A DNA stretch of 62,908 bases, counting the filler, from Circinaria calcarea (lineage: Eukaryota): the NCBI GenBank assembly GCA_051942165.1. It is 3 parts of 3 records of this genome, joined end to end, with 100 filler letters (N's around TTAATTAATTAA, not from the genome) between each part and the next. Parts side by side here need not be neighbours in the genome. Positions count along the whole stretch, not along the records: positions 21,026 to 41,918 come from JAVECS010000158.1; 2 more parts are not named here. One strand, 5' to 3'. The translations under genes and the position numbers were made by a program. The notes under the pieces were generated by a model. It made no database searches. It saw only the letters and a program-made list of their open reading frames with translations, and had not been told where the DNA came from. This document shows, piece after piece, positions 24,449-35,720 of this stretch (positions are counted from its first letter, which is position 1; each line of letters starts with the position of its first letter).

Positions 24449-25570
24449 TTATTCTGGTCCGCAATGGACATCCCCATCAGCATGGGTGTGACAAGCCTAT
24501 CAAGTCAGCACGAAGGCTTTGCCTAGGGTAGCTCAAATACTCACCGCAGCCGCACTCGTACTAGCCGCCCGCGAAGTCGAAGCCGAAGCCGTAGTGGGAG
24601 CCGTATTGGGAGCCGCCGGAGCGGGCGTCGTAGTCGCGCGCATAGAGCTCATGGATGCCAACACGGCACTGCTCTTGCTCGCCGCGGCCATCAAGGAGCT
24701 GGAAATTATCGGCACAAGTTCTTGCGCCACTGTATCGCCCGAGCAGCCGACACCTGGCACGGCGATGTCGTACGCATACACGTCCCACGCGAATAGCTGC
24801 AGCACATGGCTGTCCTTGGTTGTGTATGTGGCGTTCTCGCGTGCCAGGTCAAGCGCGTCAGTGTAGCTCTCCGAGTAGTGGCTCACGACGTCTTCGGAGA
24901 TCCGGGACACATGGTACAGGCGGTGCATCAAGTCGACGGCTAAGAAGACGTTGAGTTCGGAGCTGGCGACTGTGGTGCCATGCATGCACAGCTGCTCGAG
25001 GGGCAGGGGCGAGCTAAAGGTGAGCGGGCACAGGACCGTCTCGTGGGTGGCGTTTTCTCCGCGCCAGTAGCCGCGCCACTCTAAAACGGTGAGCATGTGC
25101 CAGACAAGAGAGATGGGCGAAAGGGCGGAGGAAAAGGAGAACGACTAACCAACATTCGTGGCGCATTGCCGGTCTGGATAGTCACATCGGAAGGTCATGT
25201 TCCCGCGATCAGCAGAGACGATGCGAGTATACCATCCGATCGGCTCGGCGGTCGAGGCGTTGCCGAAGTACTTAACCTTATAGGGAGAATTTGGGCCCCA
25301 ACGGAGAAGGTGGTCTCGGGCATGGGCGGCCAGGGCAATGGCTTCGTTCAGACCGTTGCGGATGTAAGTGTGCTGGGTGGCATTGCATGAGGGGTGAATG
25401 GGAATGTCAGCCACGGCACCACTGTCCCACTGAAACGCTGCCGGAGATGGGGTTGATGCGGCAACGACCGTTTGCTGGCCGACGGTGACAACAACCTCGC
25501 GGGGCTGGAGCGGGGACGAGAGGGTGCCGGTGGTAGCAAGCAGAAATGCGAGAATAGATAGAGAAGGCAT
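24449..25570 (-). CDS. Secreted zincophore, Pra1/Asp f 2/Zps1 family (HRxxH), 3 exons
   Basis: Signal peptide; PIHPSCNATQ, ARDHLLRWG, YFGNASTAEPIGWY, WRGENATHETVLC, DLMHRLYH, FAWDVYAYDIAVPGVGC. Last exon ACHTHADGDVHCGPE* is the zinc-binding tail. Confidence 0.95.
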
Positions 25571-26559
25571 GATGTTGGAAAGCTTGCTTGCATGAAGCCG
25601 CTGCGACTGATCCATCCCCTTCTCTGGCCATCGTCCAACTTTATACCTGAGTGCAGACAACAGTGGCTGGGGTCGAGTGATGAGATATGGTCGGAATGGC
25701 TTTGACCACGTCATGATCACCCAGTCCGTTTGTCATTGCTGGTTTGTACATAGCTGCTAAGCTCAAAGGGGTTCGCATGCATGCATCCAAGGCCTGGCAG
25801 AGGCCGCCTTTGAGTACCTAGATGGTTCCGAGACGGGCAGAGTAGCAGCACAGATGAAGTAATTTGTAGGATTATGCGGCAGCACCGTACTACATAGTTA
25901 TATACTTACGTAGTAGGCTTTCCCTCCTGCGTTCCTAGTTATGGGACCGTCTGGTGATAAGTCGGCGTCGGATTGATCAGTCAATCACAGGGCGCCAAGC
26001 TGACCATGTTAATATACTCCTAATAAGCCGTCCATATGGAAGCGGGCTGACGAGCCCGTTAGGGTACTCACTCTAGTGCTGCTAGTGTTGGACTGGCAGG
26101 TGGGCATGCAGAATATGAAGGTTGCTTGAATTTCTATGTGTGCGTGCTCGCATTTTATACTATAGCAAGCAGCACAACGCTAAGCCTAATCGGGTCTAAA
26201 GGGGGACTTCCAGCTGCTAGATTAGATACCTAAGGTAGGTAGTCCACCGCCGATGCAGAATGGCATTATTCACGCTCGGAAAATTGTGACTGAGCAAATT
26301 TTCTCGCTGGAACTTTATTTAGCATTCGGTATTAAATTTATAGTATTATTATATTACTTAGACGAAACCGTTCCCGACTTAACGCTGGCACTTACGGCTG
26401 CCAGCCAGGTAGTTTGTTAGGGCTGTGAGAGATACCACATGCATGGCTAGTGTAACTAAGTACCAGATTTATGTGACAGCGACGGCAACGGCAGGATTAT
26501 TATATACCGGATTTTATTACTATGAAAGCGACTTATATAACATCAACCCAACCATCGGC

Positions 26560-27170
26560 GCTGATATCGGCGTGGCTACTCGCCAATAAGCTCGGCCAAC
26601 GAGAGCTCTTCAAATTCCGCAAGCAGAGCTGCGCAGAACTGCCATTTCCAAGCTGGTATCGAGTATTTTATTAAAGCTGGTGGGGACGATAAGCCCTATA
26701 TGCAGTCTGTTATGGCGTGCGTGCCATACTAGGGAAAGACTAGCTCCGGAACGGAGGAACACCTGAACCGGCTGCTCAATATGCTCATGGAGGTGAACAA
26801 GATGAGCAAGCACATTATATATAGCAGGTTATTTCCGCTCTTTAGAATAGCATACTTATAGACTTATAACGAGTTCAATATACTTTTTTTATATTGAGCC
26901 TAGAGCAATAGTTCAACTACGCCCTATATAACCGTGCTATCACTAGTCGGGACTTATCATATTCCTCAATAAGCCGCAAGGATTGCAGTGCCCTTACACT
27001 CACCCTCGCCGTCACTAGCGACTCCATCTTGCTTACACTCTTCGCGGTTATTATTTTCCACCGGATCGTCAAAGGCATAGCTCTCGACACTATTATCGCC
27101 CAAATCCAGAGTGGCAAATCTTTTTGCTAAAAAGCTTATCACGGTGACCGCCTTCGCCAATATAATAATG
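26560..27170 (-). mobile_element. RIP-degraded ORF remnant, probably transposon-derived
   Basis: Protein-like frames broken by TAG/TAA stops, with a Cys cluster (TCYI*CACSSCSP) and AT-rich flanks. Family uncertain. Confidence 0.3.
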
Positions 27171-27611
27171 TTGGGAATAAAAAAATATCATTTACTAATA
27201 TTCATTGTAAAATATAAAATCAGCATCAGTGGAAAAAACCCCCTGGTCTTGGGATTTTTTTCCAAGCCCCCTCGGCGACAGTTACCTGTATCCGATAGCT
27301 CGCGATTTCACGTCGACGGGTAGAGAAACATTTCCGTTTGCGTGTAAAAGAGTCTCTCTGCCCTTTGCTCCCCCCCTTCCCTTATGCAATTCCCCTCGAA
27401 CTCTTTCCCCCTTGCTTGCTCCACTTCTGCTCCCACTCAGCTCACCATTCCCGTTTCCCCCCTTCCTCCCACCCCACCTACCGGCGCGCTTTTCATCATC
27501 TTGCCCTGGAACAGATTTTATATAAACAGTCCAAACGGGGATGACTCCCGGGAGTTTAGCTCGGGGTTGCCGTGACTGGCGGAATCGAGATGGGCAGCCA
27601 GGGTACATTGC

Positions 27612-27808
27612 AGACCTAGAGGGCAGTCGCCGACTCGGGAAAAGGATTTAATTAAATCATGATTTAAACGACACAGATAGAACCTGCTATCCATGAATTA
27701 AATTTTGAAAACAAAATATCAGGAAAAGAATGTATGAGGCTGCGCAGAATCATATTTGGGCTTATAATCCGCATTAATTTTAATAATCTTGGTGGCTGGA
27801 GCTGTTGG
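27612..27808 (+). pseudogene. Degenerate duplicate of part of exon 1 of the Apple-domain gene (22259-22446)
   Basis: Colinear matches ACCTAGA..ATCATGAT..GCTATCCATGAA..AAAGAAT..GGCTGCGCAG..TAATCTTGGTGGCTGGAGCT(A/G)TTGG, with indels and an A/T shift. Confidence 0.8.
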
Positions 27809-27954
27809 AAATCATTGGGCTTACCGAGGCACGTGTTGCATAGGAGGTCCATGCTCAACACTTCCATACACACCATAAAAGCATATTTCTGTTGCTAAGA
27901 TAGCTTAGGAAATTACACACTCGTACATAGCATAAATGCCACCATACATATTGC
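27803..27954. repeat. ~150-bp dispersed direct repeat, copy 1 (copy 2 at 36102-36248)
   Basis: Shared core GGGCTTACC(G/A)AGGCA(C/T)GTGTTGCATAGGAGGTCCATGCTCAACACTTCCATACA and ATGCCACCATACATATTGC. Confidence 0.9.
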
Positions 27955-28283
27955 ATGTCCAACAATGATAATATCAGCCGAATCGGTGAACTACAGCAAC
28001 TCGTGCATCTAGGCCACTTTGGTAATTCATACCACGTACATCTACGCTGAAGGCCAATACGATGCCGTCTTCAGTGCTGGCCTCGGTATCGCAGTCTTTG
28101 GATTGCTCTGCCTCACCTTACAGTAATGCCCGGTCAGAGTCAGATGGGACAACCCGCAATGAGTGGCCTGCCGCTACATACGATAAGCCTTTCTAACACA
28201 AGCCAGAAAGTTTGATCGGCTTAGCTGCTAAATTCAGTGTAACACAGGGAAGCATGAACCAGGAAGCAAAGAGACTGTCTCCG

Positions 28284-28410
28284 TTGGAGACGAAGAACAC
28301 AAGAGCGCGAACGCAGGCGAGTAAATTGAAGGAGAATACAGTTTCCTCATTGAAGGCAAAGAATACAAGAGCGCGAACGCGGGCAAGCAAATTGAAGGAA
28401 AAGATAGCTG
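28284..28410 (+). repeat. Two-copy 66-bp tandem repeat in a short coiled-coil-like ORF remnant
   Basis: LETKNTRARTQASKLKE / LKAKNTRARTRASKLKE. Confidence 0.7.
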
Positions 28411-28817
28411 CAACACAGGTTCGAAAGAACTACACTGTGAAATAGAGGAACTTGATAAACAGATAAGAGAGGTCGAAGACCAGATAGGCGCTCTGAAGGA
28501 GCTATCGATAGATAGGTTGAGAATCTAACTAAGCTAGACGTTGGCAATTTGTATATCATCTGCAATACTGTTATGCATATCTTAGTTGGATCCATTTTCA
28601 TACTGCTTGTGCTTATCACCATTATTTCGGCGGCATTAAAGCTCTAAAGACGGAGCATGGAGGTCAGCATAGAGGTCTTCTTGATCCGACGAAGAAGTTG
28701 TTACCAGGTCAACAGTGTGGGATCTTTTCCCATGAGGTTGTGGGCCGGTTCCACTAGCCTATCTTTCAAGCCCCGCATCCGCTACCATCGATTTCTGTAA
28801 TACCTGCAGTCTATGTA

Positions 28818-29081
28818 AGAGTATAGAGCGAAAGTCACCGGACGCCCTACGTTTTTTCGAAGTCCGTTCACCGCAGGGTAAATTGATAATTTCGGTAAAT
28901 TACGGGCCTACTAATATGTTAGTAGAGAGGAATTGGCGTTTTACATAGGTGTGCAGTATTAAAATGCAGTGTATCCCGGCTAATTCGGCGAGGTGGGCTG
29001 TAAGATACCGATATTATTAATTTACCCTGCGGTGAGCGAACAGAAAACGTAGGGTATCCGGTGACTTTTGCTCTATACTGT
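28818..29081. mobile_element. MITE family B, 264 bp, ~90-bp TIRs, in the NLR promoter
   Basis: AGTATAGAGCGAAAGTCACCGGACGCCCTACGTTTT...TCACCGCAGGGTAAATT is mirrored at ~29000-29081. TA at 28816-17 and 29082-83. Confidence 0.9.
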
Positions 29082-29136
29082 TACTGATTGACCCCAACAC
29101 AAACTGTTAATATTTACTGTGTATCAGCTAGGCAGT

Positions 29137-32100
29137 ATGGTAAACCGGACAAGCCGCAAACTCTCAAGAGATGATGAACTGATAAATCTGTGGCGCAGGT
29201 TAGCAATACATCGATCCAGGATACAGGAATCACCGTTTACCAAAGACATGAAGATGTTATTGCAGAGTAGTCTCTCTCCTGGGTATCAGCGATAGCACTC
29301 TAATAGAGCGTTCAGTGTTGTCTTTGTGCATGGTCTACAAGGTCATCCTCGAAAGACCTGGACTTGCGAAACGGATTCGGGTCAGCGGAGCTCGTCGGAG
29401 GCACACAAGGAGCAGCGTCGAGGACTAAAAGGGTTGGTCTCATGGGCACGAAATAATGGAAGAAAGAAGTTGGGTAAGCCAAAGGAGGAGGTTTTTTGGC
29501 CGTTTGACTTTCTACCGGAGGACTGTGAGAATTTGAGAATCCTCACATGGGGGTATGACTCGAAGGTCTCGAAATTTTTCCATGGAGCTACGAATCAAAG
29601 CAACATAACGGACTATACTCGAAATCTGATGGCAGCCCTGAAGGTCCATAGATTAGACTGCGTAAGTGCCGAATCCACGCCAGTGCGCTGTTCCTGAGTT
29701 ATTTGATAGCAAAGAAGGAGCATTCTATTCGTAGCACATTCTCTTGGTGGTTGGTCTCTTTAACTCGTGCGAAGATGCTTTTGAAACTAACATCCTCAAG
29801 GAATCATCGTCAAAAATGTGAGTTAACCCTTGAGCTATGTCTAATGCTCTACTAGTGGCTAGACCAACGGAATTCTAGCTCCTTCGGCGTGCCGCGGACG
29901 ATGACCAAGACATCTATTCTTCTACAGAAGCAATACTTTTCCTCGGAACTCCCCACCGTGGCAGCAGTAAAGCTGAGCTTGGTGAGGTTTTGAGAAAGAT
30001 TGTTTCCGTTTCTGGCTTTGATACCTCCGATCGGAATATCAGAGCACTGCAGTTTAATAGTTTCGAGCTCGATACCATACATGAACAGTTCATGAGGCTT
30101 TATGAGAAAAAGAGTCGACACTTCAAAGTTCTGACCTTCCAGGAAGCTAAAGGTGTAGTGGGGATAAACTATCTGAAGCTCAATGAAAGGGTCCGTTTCA
30201 GATAAAACGTCTTACTTAGATGCCTATCCGCTAATTGCTGTCTTTGAATATCTCTAGGTTGTGGAGCCGATTTCGTCCTCGATCACTTCCACCGAGCCGA
30301 CGCAGACCATCAACGCAGACCATATGACAATGTGCCGTTTCTCGAGCAAAGAGAGTGAAGGATACAAACAAATTCTTGGTGAGATCAACGTTATCATGTC
30401 CGAGATACGAAAAAGAAAGAAAACGGAAAAGGGGAAGAAGTCTGATAGGCCGGTGGCCAAGTCGCCGAGTCAGACGACGATGAGTTCTGAGACTTATTGT
30501 ACGTAATTTCTGTCTCCTGTTTATGCTAGCAAACTGAAATAAGCTACCAGCACTGAATGATGTGGAAAGAAAGTGTGTTGCCATCCTCGCTCAAAACGCA
30601 TCGAACGCCGCAGAGTACAGATCCTCGCTTCCTAGCCGTGTAGAAGGCACTTGCCGCTGGATTCTGTCAAATCCGCAATATCGTCACTGGTATTCCCAAA
30701 CTAAAACTTGCTTGTTGTGGATAAGTGGATATCCTGGAAGCGGGAAGACGACTCTCTCGGCTTATCTACTAGAATGCCTAGGAGCTGGTGAGTTTTCTCC
30801 AATCTTACCCTCGACGCTATGTTACTTCTTTTGTGACGAGAAGATCGAGAAACAAAGGGACAGTAAGGCAATTTTACGAAGCGTTATCCACCAGCTTCTC
30901 ACGGGACGTAGACTGCTGATCAAGTATGTCAAACATGCATACGAGTTGTACGGTCCGCATTTTGATCAGCACCTCAACGTACTTTGGAAAATCCTTATCG
31001 CAATTGCAAGCGACAAGCTGGTGGGGCCCGTTACCGTATTGATCGACGCTATTGATGAGTGCGAGGAAACCACGAGGGAACGGTTTTTGCAGGACATCCT
31101 TAAGCTGGTTGCGAGGTCAGAGACAGAGAGTCCGCAAAACCCCTGCATTAAGTTCCTGGTCACTAGCCGTCCTCCAACACGACGTCAGTATACTGCAAAC
31201 CTCGTACGGATCGACCCTTCACAAAATCATGTCGAGCAGGACCTCAGGATGGTCATCAGAACCAGAATTGAAGAGATTTCCCAGCGGACTCGATGTAAAC
31301 CAGATGCTAGAGAGTACCTCGAGAATGTTTTGTATTCTAAAGCAGACGGCACGTTTCTCTGGGTCACACTTGTCCTACACCATCTAGAAAAGAGCCTTGT
31401 CGCATCTCAAAGAGATTTCAAGCGCATTGTTGATGAGATGCCGAATACGTTATCGGCTACCTACGAGAAATTTCTCGGCGCTATTCCCGCAGAGCACCAG
31501 CCACTAGCCGTTAAGCTACTACATTTGCTTATTGCCAGCTCGAGACCCTTGACCCTCGATGAGATGCGTATCCTCGTCGTTATAGGGGACCATCATCGTA
31601 GTCTTGCAGACATTGAAGAAGATTTGCAACCGAATATCCAGGTTACTATCGAAGGAGTGCTAGGTCCTTTGGTGAGGATCTGGGACTCCCGAATTTATCT
31701 CGTGCATCAGTCCCTGAAGGAGTTCCTACTAGAGTCTCCAGCCAAATCCGATAACACTCTAACTGGTATCTATAAAATTTACCAAACCAAAGCGGACTTG
31801 CTTTTGGCTAAGTCATGTGTGTCGTACCTCATGCTCGAGGATTATAGCCGAGACTTATTCGAGCACGATGATCCGAGCACCGATAACTCACCAGTTTCTG
31901 CGGTTGCAGATTCTACAGAAGTTGAGCCTATAGATGACCTTTGGAGCGGATTCGAACTCGGGGAACACGTCGTGTTCAAGGATCCTACAGAAGTTGATGT
32001 CGGCGTTTGTGCATCGATCGAAACAAGATACTCATTTTTCGATTATGCTGCGAGGCATTGGGTCGCACACTTTGCCTTGGCCTCCTCATTAAGTACGCGG

Positions 32101-33330
32101 GAGCTCCGAGCTTCCGTTCAGCAACTACTAGACACCAAAACTCATCAGGGGTCAAATTGGTTTCGGTACTACTGGCATCATACCGAAACAGATTTGCCAT
32201 ATCCGCTCAACTTTGACCCGATTGTAACTGCAATTTATTTGGGTCAGTTCACCATCCTGGAAGAGCTCTTGGTAGATGGTCTCCCCCACGAGTCAAGTCT
32301 GGGAACCCGCGGCATGTTCTGGGCGTCCCGTATGGGACATCGGAACGTTTTAAACTTGCTGATCCAAAAAGGTGTCAACCCTGATACAAGATTTGCCGAC
32401 GGCCAAACCGCTCTTACTACTGCAACACGATTCAACCGAGTTAATGTTGTAGAACTCCTTCTAGAAGATGAGGGCTTTATTCCGGAGCTGAATGATTATC
32501 GAGTCAATCATGCTGCCATGGGTGGCCGGACGCCCTTGTCGATAGCCGCTTCTAATGGATTCCTGGAAATTGTTGTTCGACTTCTACAGCATCGTCAAAT
32601 CCAACCTGAGAGAGCAGACCCAAACCAGTGGACCCCTTTGTTTTGGTCAATTGGTCACCTTGATGTATTCAAAACGCTCCTTTCCCACAGCACGGTTTCT
32701 GTCAACCACGTTGATAGGTCAGGGCGAAATGTTCTTTCTTGGGCCGCTGCATTAGGGGAGGTAGAGCTTATGAGTTATCTGATGGAGCTGAAGAATCTCA
32801 AGGCTTACGAAGCAGATTGTAATGGCCGAACTGCGCTATCTTGGGCAGCAGGAAATGGGCATCGAGAAATAGTGATGCTGCTGAGGCGGTCAAGGCGCGT
32901 CGACGTTTCCATGTTGGACAAGGACGGCCGAAATGCTATCTCAAGGGCGTGTTCCGGGGGCCATCACACTATCGTGGCTTACCTTATCAAACACGATCCC
33001 GACGGAGTCGATAAATGCGACATATATGGCTGGACGCCGTTAGCATGGGCTCTCTTCAGCCAAGCTCCCGAGACTGTGATGACGCTTCTCCGCTCGGGGC
33101 TCGTGGACGTGAACAAGAAAGACATGAATGGACGTAGCGCACTCTCTTTCGCAGCAAGTTATGGCTATCTCGCTATCGTACACATACTGTTGAGTGTTAA
33201 AGGCATCGAAATAAACAGCGAAGATAATGATGGCCGGACGCCTTTATCATATGCGAAGCGACATCCAGATATAGTGAAGGTGCTGGAAGAATCACATAAA
33301 GAGATTTTGGTTTCAAGATCAAGATTATGA
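29137..33330 (+). CDS. Fungal NLR-like STAND protein: SesB-like alpha/beta-hydrolase + NACHT + ankyrin repeats, multi-exon
   Basis: ATG-only first exon. N-terminal motifs DVVFVHGLQGHPRKTW, WPFDFLPED, RILTWGYDS, FVAHSLGGIIVK, FLGTPHRGS, ADHMTMCRF. Walker A GYPGSGKT, Walker B LIDAIDEC, GTFLWV, LVHQSLKEFL. About 11 ANK repeats (GRTPLSIAA, GRTALSWAAGNGH). Confidence 0.95.
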
Positions 33331-33382
33331 AAAGTTTGCCAATCACAAGCCTAGCTAGTCTCCGCAGTCCGTACCACATTTA

Positions 33383-34123
33383 TCATTGAAATGAGGATTC
33401 GAGAGCCTCCAGAACTGTTTTGCCACTGTGAGTAGATCCGTTAAACCATTCGGTATTCTTCGAACTCTCCACCATATTGTCACCGTATAGGGCCGAGATT
33501 GGAATGACAGGAACACTAGAAGAAATTAGTACAAAATTCTTCCTTCGAGCGACTCCATACTTCTTGACACGGTCGCCAAGTTTCCCCACGATTTTGAGGA
33601 ATTGCTCTTCCGACCATTTGATCTTGTCCATGCATTTGCATAAGTAGGGGTTCTGAGAATCCAGATTCAAACCTCACATCTTGTTGATAAGGATAATGAA
33701 TGTGCTCGCGGCGTCAAAACAATCATTCAAGACTTCTTCAATAGACGGGATATCCGCCGATAGCACGAGAATGGCACAATCTGCTTGCCCAGAAGTAGCA
33801 TCTATCACAAAAATCAAGATGCGGTCCTAGAATAGCTCAGAATACGTACCTATTACAGAGACGTGGTGCTTTGGTGTATAGAAAGCTGGCGCAATACCTT
33901 CGCTTTTCAGTTCGATCGCCACCTGATTGTAGGTCTTGATTCCGTCCCGTTGAAACTTCTCCATAGTCCCCATATCGATCGCTCCATACTAGATTGCAGT
34001 CAGGATGGCATGACTCGTCCTCGAGTTATCAAGGTTAACTTTAAAGAGCATGCAACCTATTGTGGTAGCCTTCCCCGCACCATCTGGCCCCAAAACCACA
34101 ATCGTTCTTTTGCGAGATCCCAT
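33383..34123 (-). CDS. Divergent G-domain-only eEF1A paralogue (~185 aa, degenerate GTPase motifs); possibly a recent pseudogene
   Basis: Spliced translation MGSRKRTIVVLGPDGAGKATTIGCMLFK|YGAIDMGTMEKF...FYTPKHHVSVI|DATSGQADCAILVLSA...IILINKM|DKIKWSEEQF...VK|NVPVIPISALYGDNMVESSKNTEWFNG...GKTVLEALESSFQ* is colinear with eEF1A domain I. The third intron acceptor reads CAT instead of CAG. Confidence 0.8.
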
Positions 34124-34742
34124 TTTCCTGCTCGGGAAAAGGTCGCAAATAAATCGTGTTACTGCAAACGGGTCCGGAAATAGAATACCTCGTCGACAAG
34201 AGCGCCTAGAGGCCGGCTGAAGTCCAGAGATAGAATATGGGAGCGATTAAAATACTCTGACTACAAAGTAAATAGCTGGTGCCCGCGTGTGGTTTGAAAT
34301 CGGCTAGACCTTCGGCTAAATATTTTTCCGACGTTTGTGATCGGTCTTCGCGAGCCTATCGCATCATGCGAGGGTTTTTCAGTGGTAGTAGCCTAGCTGA
34401 TGATATCTCTTGGCATGGAAGTGAGCTGATGGAGCAATTTACATTTGCCGCGATGTGTTGACCGCAGCCTGGAGCGAGTAGCCAAAGGGTAGAAGTTCTA
34501 GGAAATGGCTAGATTCTTATAACATTATCACGAGGAGATAAAATGTCGCTCGCGACGCAGTGGCCAGCTATTCGACCTCAGATGCGTATGGGCTTAACAT
34601 TAATAGATGTAGAGTCCCGGCTTGTATGGATGATTCCCGGTACCTCAATATTTCCCACACGTACCATGGCTGCACTGGCTTTCGAGTCTCGATAACTATC
34701 CACTTTAGATTTATCGAGAAAAATCATGAGCATTTTGAATAT

Positions 34743-34975
34743 CTAATTCCACTCTAGGATATCAGCCGACGTTCGTAACCACCGAAGATGTTCGAGGTTC
34801 TCTTGGACCTGTTGAGTCCTTTGGTTCTTAATCCCAGGCAGTGTCTCAAAGCCTACTAGCGCTCGCACGTACATGGCTTCTGCTTCATCTATCTTGCCTT
34901 GGCTTATACATAGGCTGCCCAGATTGTTGAACATATCCAGCGTCGACGTGTGGTCTGGTCCCCATGCTTTCATGT
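34743..34975 (-). pseudogene. Orphan C-terminal TPR repeat of an NB-ARC/NACHT-TPR NLR
   Basis: KAWGPDHTSTLDMFNNLGSLCISQGKIDEAEAMYVRALVGFE is the kinesin-light-chain-like TPR typical of fungal NLRs. No upstream coding continuation. Confidence 0.85.
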
Positions 34976-35580
34976 ACACGCAAACCATGTTGATTCGCAC
35001 GAAGGAGTGTGGGTGCGATGGTCAACAAGTGAGCGAGAGGAGTCCGGGTTAAAGGAGAGCAGCAGGGTCAATAAGCTGCGGTGTGTCGAGTATAGCGTGA
35101 TTCAGTAATATTATAGTTGCGACGGGTTGATTAGACGCTGATGCTGATTAGACGGTTCGTCGGTGATACTGCGCGACTGCTAAAGTTGTTAACTCGACGT
35201 GGTGATATGTTAGGTTGGGTGAGAGATGATTGCCACGATAGCTTTTACGTAAAAATTTGTAATAGCGTGTGTATTAAGGCCCACAGTCGCTACCACTCAG
35301 CCAAAAGACTACTATAAATGTGACTCAGTAATTATACTTATTTCTTGATACCGCTTCTATGCACTTTCGCTATTACGTTCGTAAACTAGTGAGGGGGTCA
35401 AGTATTAATATTTGGGCATAAGCATAATAGTAAGGAATCGCCACCTGCCGATTTTCGTAGAAAATGGAGGCCCCCGGGAGGGTTCTAATAGGAGTTCGGC
35501 CCGTATACAGAAGGAATTTCTTACTACACGGCCAAAGAGTTGAACGTACCCAAATGACGCGGTGTATGAAGTGGTGTTAT

Positions 35581-35720
35581 GAGGCCATTCGGAGGTGCTC
35601 GACCTGTGCGGAGGCTGTTGGAGCGCTCCATTGAGGCTATTCGGAGGTGCTCGACCTGATCGGAGGCGGTAGGGGCGCCCCGTTGACGGCTGTTGGAGGT
35701 GGTCGACCTGTTATGGAGGC
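35581..35720. repeat. Three-copy ~52-bp tandem repeat
   Basis: GGAGGTG(C/G)TCGACCTG cores at ~35591, ~35643 and ~35695, with related flanks. Confidence 0.75.

Noticed and set aside
35581..35720. CRISPR-like spacing of GGAGGTGCTCGACCTG repeats at ~52-bp period
   Set aside because: Only three degenerate copies, the spacers resemble each other and the repeat, there are no cas genes, and the context is eukaryotic. It is a minisatellite.
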